A stretch of 64,000 nt of DNA from positions 128,001 to 192,000 of IMG/VR virus record IMGVR_UViG_3300028591_000083; one strand, given 5' to 3'. A model generated the notes under the pieces. The model saw only the letters and a list, made by a program, of their open reading frames with translations, did not search any database and was not told the origin of the DNA. The DNA is from a virus. Lineage: Duplodnaviria; Caudoviricetes. Every line of letters begins with the position of its first letter. Positions within the stretch are counted from its first letter, which is position 1. Below, piece by piece: positions 60,315 through 64,000 of the stretch. Position numbers and translations under genes: made by a program.

Positions 60315-61946
60315 TTATGTCCAAGGCTTGTTGAAGTCAACATCCTTAAACCTAGAATCGTTAGGATTTTTACGCTTTGCATCCTCTACATCTTGTCTTC
60401 TTCTATCTTCATTGAACTTCGCAAAAGATTCAAGCGTGATACATTTTGCCTTTAATTTCTTTGTTTCGTTATAATTTTCAACAATAAGATACGGTTTATT
60501 ATTCTGAATAGAATTTGTTACTGAATCAACCAACATATCATCGTTCATACAAAACAGCCTGAGATTGTTCAATGCCGCTGAGAACATCGGCTTTGTCATA
60601 CTCTTTCCAACTTTCGTTTCATGAATGTAAGTCAACAAAGCATCTTCCAAGCCATCGCAAAGCTGATAATATCCATCAACAATGAACTTGTGAACAAGGA
60701 TTTCCTTTTCTTCCATATCCACAGAATCGTCTTGTTGCGCTGTTGCCGGTCTATATGCAAGAGCCGCATATGAATTTACATATGATTTCTTAACGCTTTC
60801 AACCCTATCATTAAGCGTTTTACAAATATCAGACAAATCTTCCAACATCAGACGGAATTGATTTACAGTACATGATTTTCCTTTAGGAACTTCTGTTACG
60901 TATGCACTGAGCCACTTCTTCAACTCCTGAGAACAATCGTTTCCTTCTTGACAAATGTAGGCATCAATTTCTGCCAACTTAACAGGAATATCAACCTCAG
61001 ATCTATCTACAAGATACAGTGAACGGTAGTTGTTCATGTAGGATTTTCTAACACCTTCAATCATTCTATCCACTGTTCTGCCATGAGTATACAGATTGTC
61101 TAATTGATTCTGCCACTGTGCCGGAGTATAACTTCTTCCGTTCTGTGTATCTAAGAAACTATTAAGAAGATTTAACAATTCTTCATTATTGTATGCATTC
61201 ATTACAATGAAGCTCTTATTCATATCACGCTTAATTACGTCCCATTCATTCCGTTTAACTCTACCTGATTTCTTCGGCTCATCAAACAATTTGTTATTTG
61301 CTTTCTTAGATTCTACCTTCTTCTGTTTTTTCGGCTTATCTGATTTTTCTGGATTTGATCTAAACGGATCAACATAGTTAGTGTCTCTATTTTCAGCAAT
61401 ACGATTAAATACGTCAGAAAGACTGATTTCAGAAACATCCATCCCGCCAAGTTCACAAGCAAGCTCCCCAAGTGTTATACAGAGCTTAATATTCTTCTTC
61501 TTGTGCCACTCTAGCATACCGTTCAGGTAACTATCAATAATTCCTGAATCATTTGGAAATGCTGATTTTAGTGCAAAGGAATAGCTTTCGATGAAATTCT
61601 TATATGTAGGAAAATCTGCTTCCTCACACATTTCCGTGACCTGTTTCATATTTACACGATAATTATTGTGTTTAATCATCGGATTCAACTCATCGAGTTC
61701 TGTTGCTTTATATACAAATCCATTGGATACCAATGTATCAATGTTTCTGGAAATTGTTTGTCTTGCTACACCGAACCACTTTTCCATTTCATTGAGAGGT
61801 GTGTGGCAAGCATGAACAGAATCAAATGACTGAGTAAATAAGTATGAAAATATCAAAAGCTGAGTTCCGGACAATCCCAGAACTGTTCTCATCCAAGCCC
61901 AAACGATTAGGTTTGGTGTGGTGTCTGAAATATTTTTCTTTTGCAC
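60315..61946 (-). CDS. replication initiator: N-terminal wHTH plus three repeated C-terminal domains
   Basis: WM...LGLSG.QLLIFSY, RQTISR.I..LV..G; directly upstream of loader and helicase. Confidence 0.7.
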   Translation of the reverse strand: MQKKNISDTTPNLIVWAWMRTVLGLSGTQLLIFSYLFTQSFDSVHACHTPLNEMEKWFGVARQTISRNIDTLVSNGFVYKATELDELNPMIKHNNYRVNMKQVTEMCEEADFPTYKNFIESYSFALKSAFPNDSGIIDSYLNGMLEWHKKKNIKLCITLGELACELGGMDVSEISLSDVFNRIAENRDTNYVDPFRSNPEKSDKPKKQKKVESKKANNKLFDEPKKSGRVKRNEWDVIKRDMNKSFIVMNAYNNEELLNLLNSFLDTQNGRSYTPAQWQNQLDNLYTHGRTVDRMIEGVRKSYMNNYRSLYLVDRSEVDIPVKLAEIDAYICQEGNDCSQELKKWLSAYVTEVPKGKSCTVNQFRLMLEDLSDICKTLNDRVESVKKSYVNSYAALAYRPATAQQDDSVDMEEKEILVHKFIVDGYYQLCDGLEDALLTYIHETKVGKSMTKPMFSAALNNLRLFCMNDDMLVDSVTNSIQNNKPYLIVENYNETKKLKAKCITLESFAKFNEDRRRQDVEDAKRKNPNDSRFKDVDFNKPWT

Positions 61947-61980
61947 ACAGCATCAACTCCTCCGGATATATTGTAAGAGG

Positions 61981-62511
61981 TCAATTCCAAATATCAGTAT
62001 CGTAGCACATTAAAACCGTATGTAGATAATCAATATTTATGATGTAGCAATCATCTCGCTCATGTCCAAGTGTTGCTGACTCTGGGGCTTTTCTTCTGAA
62101 AATCATATTCTTTTTAATAAGACGATCAAGAATCGCATGGGCTTCTTTCGGCGTGATTCTCAACCAATTCTCAATATCTCCGGAACATTCAAGATATCCC
62201 CACGGCTGACTAGGATTTGTAAAATGAATTACATGAGCGAGAGCCACTTTTTCATCGTCTGGAAGTTCAAAATCCGGATCATCTGGAAAATGTCTAAACA
62301 TCCATGCTGGAATACGAACAGGCGCAGGAATCTTACCAATAGGAAACAATACAAATCTTCGCTTGAATTCCTCAGAAGCACCTTCCATCAATGCAGTATT
62401 GAACTTTTCCTTACGGCGCAATTCCTTACTAAGATATTTGTCGATGATCTTCTTCTTGTCCTGTGATAATGTTTCTTTATTTGAAATAATTTCATATTCC
62501 GTTTTAGTCAT
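61981..62511 (-). CDS. wHTH-containing replication-associated protein
   Basis: IENWL.I....AHAILDRL.KK..I.R. Confidence 0.5.
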   Translation of the reverse strand: MTKTEYEIISNKETLSQDKKKIIDKYLSKELRRKEKFNTALMEGASEEFKRRFVLFPIGKIPAPVRIPAWMFRHFPDDPDFELPDDEKVALAHVIHFTNPSQPWGYLECSGDIENWLRITPKEAHAILDRLIKKNMIFRRKAPESATLGHERDDCYIINIDYLHTVLMCYDTDIWN

Positions 62512-62543
62512 TTAAAACACTCTCCTCAAATATGGATAGTAAA

Positions 62544-62770
62544 AACTACCGATTTTACCTAACGGGCTGCGGAACCGTTAAATAAAATCGGTAGTTATAT
62601 ATAGTAATTGGAGTTGTTGTGGTTTGAGTAAATGAACAACAGTACAATGACAGGAAGCCTTATGTTGTTTGCACCCGATTATCAAATTTTTTTGAAATCT
62701 TAATTTTATCTCAAACGAACAATTCCTCCAAATCACTCACTCAGTATTCCGCAGCAACAATCTGTTGTTT
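62544..62770 (-). promoter_or_regulatory. structured 5' leader/attenuator of the replication-initiator operon
   Basis: terminator hairpin 62544-62596 whose loop TTCCGCAGC is complementary to GCTGCGGAA at 62747-62755. Confidence 0.7.
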
Positions 62771-62776
62771 ATGGTC

Positions 62777-62808
62777 TTAGTATAACACATCTCAAACGAT
62801 TTGTCAAT
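62777..62808 (-). promoter_or_regulatory. sigmaA-type promoter
   Basis: TTGACA-N17-TATACT. Confidence 0.85.
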
Positions 62809-62843
62809 AGCGGAATAGCATCTTCTACGTTATGCACAAATAG

Positions 62844-63260
62844 TTATTCATTTAGTGTTTTCTTCTGTGTGCATTTTAACGTAACAATATCAGGCTTCTC
62901 TTTCTTAAATGGTTTTAGGTCATTCGGATTGATATCGCCATGATATAACAGTGATTCCAGAACATCGAAATCTACATAATCTTTCTGCTTTACAAGATCA
63001 GGTTTATTCAATGTTTTACAATATTCTGTCAGAGCTTCCTCATCCCAAGATACATTCGGTCTTGACGAAACATTCAAACTAATGCCGCTATCAGATACAA
63101 ATTTAGTAACACCGTAGTCAGCCATTGTTTGTTTAATAAACAAATTTAGTGCTTTTCTTTTGTTATCGAAAGACTTTGCTTCTTCATCAGCGGCGTTATA
63201 ATCTTCACATAGTTGATTCAGAGTGTCTTTCTGAATCTGTGTTAAAATGATCTCAGACAT
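62844..63260 (-). CDS. coiled-coil hypothetical protein (Gam/Gp157-like)
   Basis: heptad N-terminus, IK..M...G...F. Confidence 0.45.
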   Translation of the reverse strand: MSEIILTQIQKDTLNQLCEDYNAADEEAKSFDNKRKALNLFIKQTMADYGVTKFVSDSGISLNVSSRPNVSWDEEALTEYCKTLNKPDLVKQKDYVDFDVLESLLYHGDINPNDLKPFKKEKPDIVTLKCTQKKTLNE

Positions 63261-63615
63261 CTTCGGTTACTCCTTTTTTAGTATAGGTACAATACTTCTG
63301 ATTGAACTCTGCCATGATTCCGGCTCTACCTCTCGGAAGATAATCCTGAAATTTCATAATCTCAGGAATCGAACTTCTGTACCAGTATCTTGGTCCTCTA
63401 CTATGAATTCTTACATAATCTGGCAGTTTCGGCATATCTTTCGGCTTGCTGTAATTAGGATCTTCCTGCCACTTATACCACATTGTGAGTGTCTTTGTAC
63501 TTACATTCAAAATTCCGCTGACCTCAGAAGCAGACAGCAAATCGGAAAAAGCACATCCGGCAATATTTTCAATCTTAGCAATTTCTTTCTTAGTCATAAT
63601 TACCTTTCCTTTCAA
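63253..63615 (-). CDS. MerR/excisionase-type HTH protein
   Basis: LSASEVSGILNVSTKTL..WY...LP...R..RYW. Confidence 0.7.
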   Translation of the reverse strand: MKGKVIMTKKEIAKIENIAGCAFSDLLSASEVSGILNVSTKTLTMWYKWQEDPNYSKPKDMPKLPDYVRIHSRGPRYWYRSSIPEIMKFQDYLPRGRAGIMAEFNQKYCTYTKKGVTEDV

Positions 63616-63617
63616 AT

Positions 63618-64000
63618 TTAATTTTGTGACAATAGATAATTTAGTATTTTCGGGTTCTTAAAGATATCTTCTTCCTTATCAATTATGATATCGGATATCT
63701 TTCCTTTTCTGTATACAATGTTATGTATACGTTCGTCTATTGTTCCTTTACACATCAATGTTATAATGTTTGGACTTTCCTTTGTACCTATTCTATGTAC
63801 TCTATCTTCGCATTGATCTTTTTTGGCTCTGTTCCACGGTTCATCTAAAAAGATTACAGTAGATGCTGCTGTAAGAGTTAGACCAGTACCCATTGCATCA
63901 ATCGTGCCTAAAAGAACTTTGCAAGACTTGTTCGTCATGAACCTGTCTTTTTCGGCTTCTCTGCAATCAGTATTTTCTCCTGTATACAAGGCAGGATTAA
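63618..64000 (-). CDS. SNF2-like SF2 helicase, C-terminal part
   Basis: MGTGLTLT.A..VIF.D.PWN....QCEDRVHRIG. Confidence 0.88.
   Translation of the reverse strand, partial: NPALYTGENTDCREAEKDRFMTNKSCKVLLGTIDAMGTGLTLTAASTVIFLDEPWNRAKKDQCEDRVHRIGTKESPNIITLMCKGTIDERIHNIVYRKGKISDIIIDKEEDIFKNPKILNYLLSQN

Noticed and set aside
2020-63621. All + strand ORFs in the track (for example 3781..4215, 26877..27428, 20950..21417)
   Set aside because: Antisense shadows of well-supported minus-strand genes, with no RBS/promoter support and low-complexity hydrophobic translations.

Overview
This window is a 64-kb, AT-rich segment of a large tailed-phage genome, probably from a Bacillota/Clostridia host (sigmaA-type promoters, strong AGGAGG RBSs). 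Essentially all real genes are on the minus strand. From right to left it holds: (1) a full replication/recombination module with initiator, DnaC-like loader, DnaB, primase, SSB, family-A polymerase, beta sliding clamp, Cas4-like nuclease, RecU, RecA, intein-containing UvrD, and a three-subunit clamp loader whose DnaX carries an intein; (2) a tRNA/ncRNA region with six recognisable tRNAs plus several aberrant tRNA-like and multibranch RNAs; (3) PhoH, a ClpA/B-like ATPase and many hypotheticals; (4) a DNA-modification island with a Mom-like enzyme, Dam and four N4/N6 methyltransferase loci, one split by an HNH gene; (5) RNA-repair genes (Pnk-HD, RNA ligase) and guanylate kinase. About 15 near-consensus TTGAC(A/T)-N17-TATA(C/A)T promoters punctuate the strand. 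The main novelty candidates are a shared C-terminal KLF tail on all methyltransferases (possible tether to the phage clamp), a tRNA-Leu-like RNA with an 82-nt variable arm, repeated anti-RBS motifs in non-coding spacers, a kissing-loop attenuator ahead of the initiator genes, and a four-member DUF29-like paralog family. All calls come from visual motif recognition; no database searches were run.
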